Shown here: positions 8,504 through 19,100 of the stretch, piece by piece
Layout of the letters: every line of letters starts with the position of its first letter
Position numbering within the stretch: position 1 is the first letter of the stretch
Assembly (NCBI GenBank): GCA_001600815.1
Contig: BCKZ01000002.1
Span: forward strand, 951,725-981,196
From: Alloascoidea hylecoeti
Lineage: Eukaryota
Direction: 5' to 3'
DNA length: 29,472 nt
Notes under the pieces: generated by a model
Databases searched by the model: none
The model's input: only the letters and a program-made list of their open reading frames with translations
Told to the model about the DNA's origin: nothing
Translations under genes and position numbers: made by a program

Positions 8504-10603
8504 TTATTTCTTATTATTATTGCCATTAAGCTTAACTGTAGTATTTCTCAAAACACTGCGAACAAATTCTATAAAGTCATCTTCATGTCCTACATCCAAA
8601 TATCTATAATCATCTAAGAAATCTGGGTTCTTTAATAAATTCTCTAATGATGATATATTAGCTTCAGCATTATCATTTCTCAATTTTTTAATCATATGGA
8701 TACGATATTTATTATAATTCATTTGTTGTATACTGTCCCAACCAATGATATTTAAAATATCTTCTTCATTACTATAAAGCCTATGTTGAATTTTCATTAA
8801 TAACCCCAATGAAGCACGTAATAAGAAAGAATCACCTTCAAAAACCATTATGTCAAATATCCTACAACAAATCTTAAATGATAAATGTGATGTAAGCATC
8901 GGTAATAATAAAGGTCTTAAATATTTCAATGGATCAAGTTTAATATTATAAAAATGATTGTATAAATTAGGACATGTTGATAATAAAGCGCGTTGAAAAG
9001 ATGATGAAACATCATTTAAAAAATCATTAAACTTATCATCACCATTCAATAATAATAATGCCTTTGGTAATGGCCTTTCTAACAAATTTGAAAGCGTTAT
9101 GAAAACTTTATAATCATCATCATTAATATTTATTAATAAAATTGCAGCAATTGAATTAATACTTTTATGATAATATTTATAATTATTTGGTGTCATAAAA
9201 CACCATGCTTGAATAATTTTTAGTAATGAATCATGATAATTATAAGAATCAATATCATCATTAATATTATTAGTATCGTTGTTTGGGTCCATTTCTAACG
9301 ATGGATTTGAGTTTGAATTAAAATTACAAGAAGAAGTAGAAACAGGAGTACTATTAGTGGTAGAATCAGGCGCTGAAGTTGTTGAAGTTAAAGTAGAATT
9401 AGTTGTAATATTTATATCATAAATTATATTTGTTTTATCAATATCTGTATATGATGGAGTTTGAAATATTTGAAGATCCGGGAAGATTGTTAATATATCA
9501 TGATCTATTTCATCAAATAAAGATTTATATTCTTTAGCTTTAAGACCCAAATCCAACTCTGAACTTGGAGTAGTATTATATTGTGATTGTGAGCCATTGA
9601 TACCATCATTATAAAATTGTTTAATTAACTCTTTTGCATTATTAACTTCCTTTAATGCATTTTCAAAAGTGTCTTCAGTAAATTTTAAAGAATTTCCAAT
9701 AGTAGTACTCCATACAAAACTTCTGTATTTATTAGGTACCCCTCTCCACCATAATTCTCTAATTTCTTTTTTCTTTTCATCTTCATTATTAATTATAACA
9801 TTATCATTATTATTCTTATTCTTTTTATTATCAATTTTTGTATTCAATGTTAATTTTTCAAATTCATACATACAATTATAAAAATTTGGTATTATTTCAT
9901 GATCCCAAATTAATAAATCTTTCTTTTGTTGAGTTAACCTTTGATTTAATAAATCTAATTCTTTTAATTTTCTAGATTTTTCATAATCCATTGCATTATC
10001 CATCATTTTTTTATATTCCTTTAAATGTTTTTTCTCCTCTTTTGCCGATTTTGGTGGTAGCCAATTTGGTCTTGTCATTGATAGTAGTTTTCTTTTTTCT
10101 TTACTTAATGGTATCTCCTTATTAGCTATCGAAATATTCAAGCTAAAAGTAGAGGCTGAGGGGGAACCATTTAATGAAATTGATGATAATGAGGGAGATA
10201 GTGTAGGGGTTTCGCGTTTAAGATTTCGGAAAGGCAGTTTAGAAAAATTACGCCTTTGAATTAGCTCTTCTTCCGCCAATATTGTGGGTGAAGATTCAAA
10301 CGCCAAGGTTATATCACTAGCATCTTTCGATAGATACTCCAAGCGTGAACGAGAAGCTGGTCCTCTCGATAAAGTAGGAGTCGATTGCGACACATTGGAA
10401 AGAAGTCTGGAATTGTTTGAAGAGCCAAGAGTATTAAGGCTAATATTATGGGGTAAAGAGTCCGAAGTCCCAGACGAATATGTTGCCAGATCCATGAGAG
10501 CAGGAGACACCGGTAGATTAAAGATATAACCGTCCTCGGGCAGAAAGTCGTCGTCCTCATCTTCAGTGTCAAATGCGTCATCGTCCGTGTTTATCTTCTT
10601 CAT
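8504..10603 (-). CDS. TBC (Rab-GAP fold) domain protein, fungal TBC1D12/14-like; catalytic fingers substituted
   Basis: TRPNWLPPKSAKEEKKHLKEYKKMM, IRELWWRGVPNKYRSFVWSTTIGNSL, CPNLYNHF and CCRIFDIMVFEGDSFLLRASLGLL (TBC C-terminal motif). Contains Asn/Ser/Thr-rich insertions. Confidence 0.85.
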   Translation of the reverse strand: MKKINTDDDAFDTEDEDDDFLPEDGYIFNLPVSPALMDLATYSSGTSDSLPHNISLNTLGSSNNSRLLSNVSQSTPTLSRGPASRSRLEYLSKDASDITLAFESSPTILAEEELIQRRNFSKLPFRNLKRETPTLSPSLSSISLNGSPSASTFSLNISIANKEIPLSKEKRKLLSMTRPNWLPPKSAKEEKKHLKEYKKMMDNAMDYEKSRKLKELDLLNQRLTQQKKDLLIWDHEIIPNFYNCMYEFEKLTLNTKIDNKKNKNNNDNVIINNEDEKKKEIRELWWRGVPNKYRSFVWSTTIGNSLKFTEDTFENALKEVNNAKELIKQFYNDGINGSQSQYNTTPSSELDLGLKAKEYKSLFDEIDHDILTIFPDLQIFQTPSYTDIDKTNIIYDINITTNSTLTSTTSAPDSTTNSTPVSTSSCNFNSNSNPSLEMDPNNDTNNINDDIDSYNYHDSLLKIIQAWCFMTPNNYKYYHKSINSIAAILLININDDDYKVFITLSNLLERPLPKALLLLNGDDKFNDFLNDVSSSFQRALLSTCPNLYNHFYNIKLDPLKYLRPLLLPMLTSHLSFKICCRIFDIMVFEGDSFLLRASLGLLMKIQHRLYSNEEDILNIIGWDSIQQMNYNKYRIHMIKKLRNDNAEANISSLENLLKNPDFLDDYRYLDVGHEDDFIEFVRSVLRNTTVKLNGNNNKK

Positions 10604-10744
10604 CCGAGCGAGTAGGTGTGTTGGACATATACACTTTATAGTATTTATACCAAGGCACTATTAAATTGTAGATAACCTGTACTTTAATATGCCCAAGAGT
10701 GTTTACAGGCATTTACCATGACAACTTAACAAGGGTATTTCACA

Positions 10745-10812
10745 TTAGGGCTAAATCATAGATCACGTGCAACTTTGCTTCCACCACCTCTGGTTTGGGA
10801 AACACAGTCACA
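10745..10812 (+). promoter_or_regulatory. Ribosomal-protein promoter module: Tbf1-type TTAGGGCTA (10745-10753), Cbf1-type ATCACGTG (10762-10769), Homol-D box CAGTCACA (10805-10812)
   Basis: Three exact motif matches within 70 bp, 70-140 bp upstream of the RPL42 ATG. Each is a known fungal ribosomal-protein promoter element. Confidence 0.75.
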
Positions 10813-10883
10813 ATCCAAGCACACACGGTAATATTGAAAAACGAAATCTAATAATTGTATCCACCGACGAACAAACTTCAACA

Positions 10884-11524
10884 ATGGGTAAGAGATTATA
10901 TATAAATCTGGATTTATTCACAATGGAGCACGAAAAAAGTAGCAACAAAATAATATTTGACAACCTATATGTGATTTAATTCCAACTTTTTCATTCAATA
11001 TTAATACCAATATCAACCAACATTAATCAATATAAATCAATATAAATCAATATGAACCAATATATATCAACATTTTTCGTGAACTAGCTGTCTGAACCTC
11101 CAATTGGTAATTGAATATAATTATTAACAACAATTTAATACTAGTCAATATTCCAAAGACAAGAAAAACATACTGCAAAAAGTGTAACTCTCACACAGTG
11201 CACAAGGTCACCCAATATAAGGTATGTTTTGGAACAAGATGATAACAGTAGTGCAGGGAAATATCTAACAAATTAACTTCTAAAATGTAGGCCGGAAAAG
11301 CTTCTCTTTTCGCTCAAGGAAAAAGAAGATACGACCGTAAGCAAGCCGGTTACGGTGGTCAAACCAAACCAGTTTTCCACAAGAAAGCTAAGACCACAAA
11401 GAAGATTGTCCTTCGTCTTGAGTGCACCAAGTGTAAATCCAAGGCTCAGTTAGCCTTAAAGAGATGCAAGCACTTTGAACTAGGTGGAGATAAGAAACAA
11501 AAGGGACAGGCTTTACAGTTTTAA
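10884..11524 (+). CDS. RPL42: 60S ribosomal protein eL42 (L42/L44/L41); exons 10884-10887, 11145-11221, 11291-11524, 104 aa
   Basis: Spliced translation [104 protein letters not shown]. Intron 1 is 10888-11144 (GTAAGA...TATTAAC...TAG). Intron 2 is 11222-11290 (GTATGT...ATCTAAC...TAG). Confidence 0.97.
11001..11070 (+). repeat. Seven imperfect copies of a 10-bp unit (consensus TATAAAYCAA) in RPL42 intron 1
   Basis: ttaataccaa tatcaaccaa cattaatcaa tataaatcaa tataaatcaa tatgaaccaa tatatatcaa. Confidence 0.85.
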
Positions 11525-12058
11525 GGGTATATAATTATATTCGAAATAATAAAATAATAATGTTATGTCATTTAATACATTTGTACTTTTGATCAAGATA
11601 TTTAGAAGTAAATATATAAGTTACATGTAGTAAATCATAAATGTGAGTGTGTCATATTTTAAATTTATTTTAAATTTATTATGCATTTTATATGGTTTAT
11701 AATTATGCTCAGAATTCGCCCGCCTTTAAAGCTTCGCTAAGTATACAGATTTAAACAGAATGTGTTTTTCTAGGCAATTGTATAAAATTAAATCAGATAA
11801 AACTTCCGGATCCCTTTCTTTTTTATTTTGCTTCCTTCTCCTCCATTCTCATCCTTGTTCACCTCTCAATCCCGCAATCCCGCCATTTAAGATCTTATAG
11901 CTTTCCTCAAGCCTTGAAATCTCCTAATCCTCAAATTTTTTGATTGTGCACCCCCATACTTCCGCATATCCCTATCAATATCAACTTCTCCTACCAATAC
12001 TCAAACAAATTTGAACCCATAATATATTTATTACCTCGGACGAAATCACATCTACCCT

Positions 12059-13630
12059 ATGACTAGTCTACATTTACAAGCCTCCGGACCCCGTTCTTCT
12101 CAAACAAGAGCACATAATACTTCTTCTTCGAATAGCTCAAAATTCTCAAACTCAAACTCCATTTCTCCTAGTAATGATGATTTTGCTACTTTTGAAAAGA
12201 AGCCGGATACATTCCCCAGAGCAACCCAAGAAAGAGCATCATCTGCCAAACTTCGGATCGAGAACTTTTATAAAATGAGTGTTCAACATGCTGTTGAACG
12301 AAATCAAAGACGTGTTGACTTAGAATCAAAATTAGCTCATGAACGAGGATCCGAAGAAAAAAAAAATAGACAATTACAATCACTAGGTAAAAAAGAATCA
12401 GTTTTTCTAAGATTAAGAAGGACAAGATTAGCACTCGAAGATTTTCAAACTGTTAAAGTTATTGGTAAAGGTGCTTTTGGTGAAGTTAGATTGGTTCAAA
12501 AGAAAGATACTGGTAAGATCTATGCGATGAAAACATTATTAAAGTCAGAAATGTATAAAAAAGATCAATTGGCTCATGTCAAAGCCGAAAGAGATGTTTT
12601 AGCTGGTAGTGATTCTCCTTGGGTTGTGTCTCTATATTATTCTTTTCAAGATTCTCAATATTTGTATCTAATTATGGAGTTTCTACCTGGTGGTGATTTA
12701 ATGACAATGCTTATTAGATGGCAAATTTTTACTGAAGATATTACAAGATTTTACATGGCTGAATGTGTTTTAGCAATCGAAGCAATACATAAACTTGGTT
12801 TCATCCATAGAGATATTAAACCCGATAATATTTTAATCGATATAAGAGGTCATATTAAACTATCTGATTTCGGTTTATCAACAGGCTTTCATAAAACTCA
12901 TGATTCAGCATATTATAAAAAAATAATGGCAAATGATAATTCCAACTCTTCATCAAATCCACAAAGAAATTCAGTTGTTGGTGATTCTATTGCACTTACC
13001 TTATCAAATCGTGAGCAGATGCAAACTTGGAGAAAATCAAGAAGATTAATGGCTTACTCAACTGTCGGTACACCAGATTATATTGCACCAGAAATATTCA
13101 TCCACCAAGGTTATGGTCAAGAATGTGATTGGTGGTCACTTGGTGCTATCATGTTTGAGTGTTTAGTTGGTTGGCCACCATTTTGCTCAGAAACTCCAAG
13201 AGAAACATACCGTAAAATCTTAAATTGGCAAGAAACTTTACAAATTCCGGATGATGTTCATTTATCACCTGAATCAGAAGATTTAATAAGAAGATTCTTA
13301 ACCTCTTCTGAGCATCGTATTGGTACCCGTGGAGGAGCAAACGAAATCAAATCCCATCCTTTTTTTAAAGGTGTTAATTGGGATTTAATACGTGAAGTGG
13401 ATGCACCATTTATACCAAAGTTAAGTTCAATTACTGATACAAGATTTTTCCCTACTGATGAATTGGAGAATGTTCCTGATTCTCCTGCAATGATGAATGC
13501 ACAAAGACAACAACAACAGCAGCAAGGTGGAGGCAATGGAAGTACTGATGGTAAAAATAAGGATGATATGCCATTTATTGGTTATACTTACTCAAGATTT
13601 GATTATCTCACGAGAAAAAATGCTATTTAG
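12059..13630 (+). CDS. CBK1: NDR/LATS-family Ser/Thr kinase Cbk1 (copy A, canonical)
   Basis: Mob-binding N-terminal region (ENFYK...AVERNQRR...[16 protein letters not shown]), [39 protein letters not shown] and the hydrophobic motif FIGYTYSRF. Confidence 0.97.
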   Translation: MTSLHLQASGPRSSQTRAHNTSSSNSSKFSNSNSISPSNDDFATFEKKPDTFPRATQERASSAKLRIENFYKMSVQHAVERNQRRVDLESKLAHERGSEEKKNRQLQSLGKKESVFLRLRRTRLALEDFQTVKVIGKGAFGEVRLVQKKDTGKIYAMKTLLKSEMYKKDQLAHVKAERDVLAGSDSPWVVSLYYSFQDSQYLYLIMEFLPGGDLMTMLIRWQIFTEDITRFYMAECVLAIEAIHKLGFIHRDIKPDNILIDIRGHIKLSDFGLSTGFHKTHDSAYYKKIMANDNSNSSSNPQRNSVVGDSIALTLSNREQMQTWRKSRRLMAYSTVGTPDYIAPEIFIHQGYGQECDWWSLGAIMFECLVGWPPFCSETPRETYRKILNWQETLQIPDDVHLSPESEDLIRRFLTSSEHRIGTRGGANEIKSHPFFKGVNWDLIREVDAPFIPKLSSITDTRFFPTDELENVPDSPAMMNAQRQQQQQQGGGNGSTDGKNKDDMPFIGYTYSRFDYLTRKNAI

Positions 13631-14234
13631 TTGACTACTCAATAATTTTAAGATTAATCTATTAAATTATAAGTATTTTACATTTAAATGATCATGATGG
13701 TAGGCGATAGTGAATAAACATATAATATATAAACTGAATAGTTGTAGATCAATATTAAAACTTTCAGGATCAATTGTAATTGCGAGTTTTGTTTCATTTA
13801 TGTTACAGACAGGTATAGCCGTAGGGCTATTAGTTGATCAGGCGCAACTGCAGGTACCAAAGCACCCTATCTCAACCTTCAATTATATAAACAGTATATG
13901 CTGTACTTCCATATGATATGGTTCCTATTTAAATATATTGAATGTATTGCCAGTCAGCAATTAGTAGATATCACTACATTTAGTAGGTATAATTCATGTT
14001 TTGTGTTCTAGTATCCCTGATCCTGATACGGTAGTCAAGCCACTAAGTTACATTAGTAGCCAAGTAATATTTATGTATTGGATTCGCCTTGATTTTTTCT
14101 GAAATACAATTAATATTTAATATTTATCTGTTTGCTCTGCTCCATTTCCCTTTTTATTTCTTTTATTACTTCTCATTCTCCATAAATTATAATCTCCGGG
14201 CATATATATATTAAACGAAGAAAGAAGAAAAGCC

Positions 14235-15719
14235 ATGGATCCCTCACAAATGCAAGTCGACGAAAATCATGATACTCCTATGTTACCAGAAGACTATGTA
14301 GCCTTCGACAGAGAACCAGATTTATTTCCTACCAACACTCAAGCCCATGCTCAATTTTTTAAAGATAGACTAGAGAATTTTTATAAGACTAGTGTTCAAC
14401 ACGCTATCGAAAGAAACCAAAGATTAGTTGAATTAGAAAAGAAACTAGCAAACGAAAGAGGATCCGAGGAGAAAAAAAACCGACAGCTACAATCGCTAGG
14501 TAAAAAAGAATCAATTTTTTTAAGATTAAGAAGAACACGATTATCTTTGGATGATTTTCAAACTGTTAAAGTTATTGGTAAAGGTGGATTTGGTGAAGTT
14601 AGATTGGTACAAAAGAAAGATACTGGACACGTATATGCGATGAAAACATTATTGAAATCAGAAATGTATAGAAGAGATGAACTAGCTCATGTCAAGGCTG
14701 AACGGGATTTAATGGCTAGAAGTGATTCAAAATGGGTTGTCTCGTTATATTACTCATTTCAAGATGCTCAAAATTTATATCTAATTATGGAGTTTCTACC
14801 TGGTGGTGATTTAATGTCAATGTTAATACGATTTCAAGTATTCTCAGAAGATATGACAAGATTTTACATGGCTGAATGTATTCTAGCTATAGAAGCAATT
14901 CATAAACTTGGTTTCATCCATAGAGATATTAAACCTGATAATATTTTAATTGATAGTAAAGGACATATTAAATTAACCGATTTTGGTTTATCAACAGGTT
15001 ATCATAAAACAACAAATGATCCTAACTATTACAAAAAGATTATGGATAATGGACCAATGCCAAAAGCAGTTGAAAGGAATTCGTTTATCGCTGGAGGGTC
15101 TATAGCACTTACATTATCCAATCGTGATAAGATTCAAACATGGAGGAAATCTAGAAGATTAAAAGCTTATTCAACGGTTGGGACGTCTGACTACATTGCA
15201 CCAGAGATATTAACACAACAAGGATATTCGCAAGAGTGTGATTGGTGGTCTCTTGGTGCAATTATGTATGAATGTCTAGTAGGTTGGGCTCCATTTTGCT
15301 CTGAAACGGCTAGAGAAACATATATAAAGATTCTTAACTTCGAACAATCACTTTATTTCCCCGACGAAATTCATTTATCGCCTGAAGCGGAGAATTTGAT
15401 TAGAAGGTTATTAACATGGTCAGACCAACGTATTGGGTCAAGAGGAGGAGCGGATGAAATCAAGAATCATGCTTTTTTCAGGGGAGTCGATTGGAATACG
15501 ATTAGTGAAGTTCAAACTCCATTTGTGCCCAATCTCAGTTCGATAACAGACACAAAGTTCTTCCCAACCGACGAACTAGCCAACTTGCCTGATAACCCAG
15601 CGATGGTGAATGCAAGAAACCAGCAGCAAAACGGTGGCAGACCGGAGAAAGATGATATGCCATTCATCGGCTACACGTATTCTAGGTTTGATGATCTTAC
15701 AAGACAGAGTGCTATATAG
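14235..15719 (+). CDS. CBK1: Second Cbk1-like NDR kinase (copy B, tandem paralog, diverged)
   Basis: Same architecture as copy A with a different N-terminal ~45 aa. Carries [31 protein letters not shown] and FIGYTYSRF in an intact 494-aa ORF. Confidence 0.93.
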   Translation: MDPSQMQVDENHDTPMLPEDYVAFDREPDLFPTNTQAHAQFFKDRLENFYKTSVQHAIERNQRLVELEKKLANERGSEEKKNRQLQSLGKKESIFLRLRRTRLSLDDFQTVKVIGKGGFGEVRLVQKKDTGHVYAMKTLLKSEMYRRDELAHVKAERDLMARSDSKWVVSLYYSFQDAQNLYLIMEFLPGGDLMSMLIRFQVFSEDMTRFYMAECILAIEAIHKLGFIHRDIKPDNILIDSKGHIKLTDFGLSTGYHKTTNDPNYYKKIMDNGPMPKAVERNSFIAGGSIALTLSNRDKIQTWRKSRRLKAYSTVGTSDYIAPEILTQQGYSQECDWWSLGAIMYECLVGWAPFCSETARETYIKILNFEQSLYFPDEIHLSPEAENLIRRLLTWSDQRIGSRGGADEIKNHAFFRGVDWNTISEVQTPFVPNLSSITDTKFFPTDELANLPDNPAMVNARNQQQNGGRPEKDDMPFIGYTYSRFDDLTRQSAI

Positions 15720-15877
15720 ATTAAACATGCTATAATAAATTATGTGTTTGTGTTCGTAGCTTATAGTTAAAGTTAGAGTTAACTTAATGTGTGTCCAGAT
15801 GTACGCTGCTGTGCACTTTTCAGAACAGCTCTGCTGGTAAAACTTTTCAAAACATTCCGAAAAGAAACAAAACAGTC

Positions 15878-15941
15878 AAATTTTTCAAAAAAGCAGTCTC
15901 ATTTGCGTCCTCAATCACAAACCTCCAAACGAAAGCCCTAA
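15878..15941. promoter_or_regulatory. RRPE-like AAATTTTTCA (15878-15887) and Tbf1-type AGCCCTAA (15934-15941) upstream of the DUF3020 gene
   Basis: Direct motif matches. Short motifs, so modest support. Confidence 0.3.
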
Positions 15942-16118
15942 GCAGCGAATATAGATAGTTGATAATCCTTACACCTCATCTTATCAAACTATCGACCATT
16001 AACTTAAAGCTAATTTATATTTGATCACACCTACTCGGTCTTTAGAAATCCCTATTTGGGGTTCCTGTTAGGTTTCTGTTATCACCCATTTTATAGTGTT
16101 TATGCTAAGGTTATTATC

Positions 16119-19100
16119 ATGGCAGAATCTCACAATACGAATGACCAGTTGACTACCACTCATCATCTTAATGATAACGACGAGGAACATCTTCAAACAG
16201 AGGAGCTCGATTTAGAGGCTGAAATTGCTAAATTGACTGCTGGTCATCGGCAAGATGTTCCCAATCAGTTCCCCCTTGACTTAGAGAATGCGGATTCGCA
16301 TCCTGAAGATCGCAATCACAATCAATTGGACAATCTGGCTGATATGGGGGATGTTGATTATACTTTTGATCCTTTTTTCTCAAAAGATCACGAACACAAA
16401 GAACAACACGAGCAAGATCAAAGTCACCTTCATGACTATCAAAATAATAATGAACACGATCTACACGATGAAGGTAATGAGGCTGATTCCCTTCAAAACT
16501 CTATGAATGCTCTTTTCGCAACCCAAAACTTGCCATTCCCGCATCAAGATGAACTTGAAAATGCACATAATGAGGATGAAGAAAAAGACCCTCACGAGGC
16601 TCTACATGCCGAACTTCAAAAAGACTTGAGTGAAGGTGGTACCCAAGATGTGACTGGAGCCCAAAACGATATAAACGAAGCGGAACATGAATATGCAATT
16701 GATCCAGAATTATCATCGATACCACCGCATGAAGATTATTATGACGAAGCCGAATTTGAACTTTTAGGTAAAGTTACAGACTTGTTTAATGAAAGTGAAT
16801 TAACTACAAATAAAAATGATGGAACTTCAGATGCAAACAACCATAATATCAACTTGTCTGATTCAGCTGCTGAAGCAACAGCCCGTATCAATGATGCTTT
16901 ATTACTTGCCGCTGAAATTGGTGATGTTGATATTGTTGCTGAACGAATGAATTCTATTATCCATCCAGATAAATCAGAACATGAACATGAACTGGAACAA
17001 CGGGATGACGATGATGAATATGGTTATGATATCATTGATAATAATAATAATCTCACGACTTTAGAACGGCTAGGGAAGCATGGCGACATTGCTGCTATTC
17101 TTGGTGTAAATGATCATGAAAATGTACTATCTGAACACTCGGAAATAGACCCTCATTTAAGTCAAAATGATTTGAATTTTAGGAAGAAGAAGCAAAACAA
17201 TCGTAAGAAGCCAAAGGGAAAGGAAACAATGATGAATATTGCCGACACCTTGGCTCAATCACGTTCGGTTATTGATAAAAATAGAAGTTATTCTTCAAGC
17301 CGATCATATGACGATACATCACGAAATCATAATGATCAATTGAAATACTATCATTCTCCATACCACCCTCGATTTAATGGTTACAGAACACCACAACAGG
17401 TTACACAACAAACAAAATTTCGACTTGATAAGCCATCAATTAATAACTATAATAATCGTAAAACACAATTAAAATCTTCATCATTATCTGATAATAGCAA
17501 ACAAGGTTTATCATCTTCAACTACAATACTTCAAGATTCGCAATCTAATGATAATAATAATAAACTAATGAGTGCTTTAGCACTTGCAAAGCAGTTAAAT
17601 CAATCAAGTGAAGGAAGCGCCAACATATCACCTGAAAACGTGGCAGCAATTCAATCAATTCTCGAGAAATTGATCGCTTACAATCAAACCAATAATAATA
17701 AATCAATTTCTACTTCAAGGGAATCAATTATAATTCAAGATCGTCCCAAATCATTGTCAACTATACCATCATCTTCTTCCACATCTGCATCTCAAAATGA
17801 AACTAAAGATAATAAAGCATTAGTTACGGAAAAAACAAGAATTAGTAACAGGGAAAGAAAAAAGAAATGGAGAGAAGAAAATGATGAAAAAAATAAAGAT
17901 AATGATTTAAGATGTAGAGTTCATAAAAGAGCAACATTAGTTTTTGGTGAAAATGATACTGAAGAAAAATTGAAATGGATTGAAGAAGAATTTACAAAAA
18001 GAAAAGAAAAGAGAATTAACAGATTGAAAAAAAATGAATATATTTCTCAAATTTATAATATGAATAACAATCTCCATATTCATAATAATATGATCAATGG
18101 AAACAATAATTCTAGTAACGATTCTAATAACAATGCAAATATGAATAAATCAAACTCTTCAATTTCTTCATCTTATGGAATAGCTGATGTTCAAAGAAGT
18201 CTTGCATCTGTTATGGAGTCGATTGTAAAAGATTCAAATATTATGAAAAGCCTTGGTAATGTCTCAGCTAATCCAGGTGATAATCAAGAGTTAATAAAAT
18301 CGATTACAACACTGGTTACTGCGACTATCTTTGATCAGCAACAATCACAACAAAATTTGGTTAATTCAGCTGATGCTGGTGCAATCCCGACATTTCAAGT
18401 TATTACTAGTAATGGCGGTATGAATGATCATTCTAATATGGATACTTCATTATTAGTTAATCAAAGGATGCCCGATTATCCAACTTTGGCTCCAGATAAA
18501 GCGTTAACGTCTTTTGTTAGAGCAGGTAGACAATCACATTCAAGGGCATCATCAGTGACCATGACTTCTTATAACCATAGACATCATGATACTAATATAT
18601 CACATGACAACGTCCGTCAATTATTAAGTTTTAACTCTAGTATTAAATCAGAAACGCCGAATGAGAATATAAGTTCTAATTCTGGTTCTAATAATAAGTA
18701 TAAACATTCAAATTCAATAGTAGATGGTTCAAGGAAAAGGTCACTTGAAATTGATGATTCTAACGGTCATAGTAACGGTATAAAGAAATCACATTCTCAA
18801 GATTCGGATACTATTGTTAAAAATATTCAAAAACTAAATGATCATGAGTTACAGAAAAGTATTCCATCAAATATGAATATTTTATCTAATTCATCTATTA
18901 GACCTCCTCAGTATAAAGCGAAGGCAAAATCGAAACCTATAACAATTACAGAATCGAATTCGAATTCGAATTCAGCTTCTACGCCAATTATAATTGATAG
19001 TAAAGATGTTATAATGACTGATGTTGAAGTGTGTTCAAAGGAAAAAGAAGATGGGGTTATTGAGATAAAAAAGGAAAAATCAGCATCACTATCAGTATCA

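Noticed and set aside
10968..11095. Intronic C/D snoRNA in RPL42 intron 1 (CTGA at 11092 preceded by GAACTAGCTG)
   Set aside because: No canonical RTGATGA box C or terminal stem. Pairing to recalled LSU rRNA UAGCUGGUUC needs two G-U pairs in 10 bp.
10609..16037. Shared 12-mer CACACCTACTCG upstream of the TBC gene (10609-10620) and the DUF3020 gene (16026-16037)
   Set aside because: A single 12-bp match is expected by chance in a window this size, and the distances to the ATGs differ.
18951..18974. Palindromic GAATTC repeat
   Set aside because: Simply encodes an SNSNS low-complexity tract.
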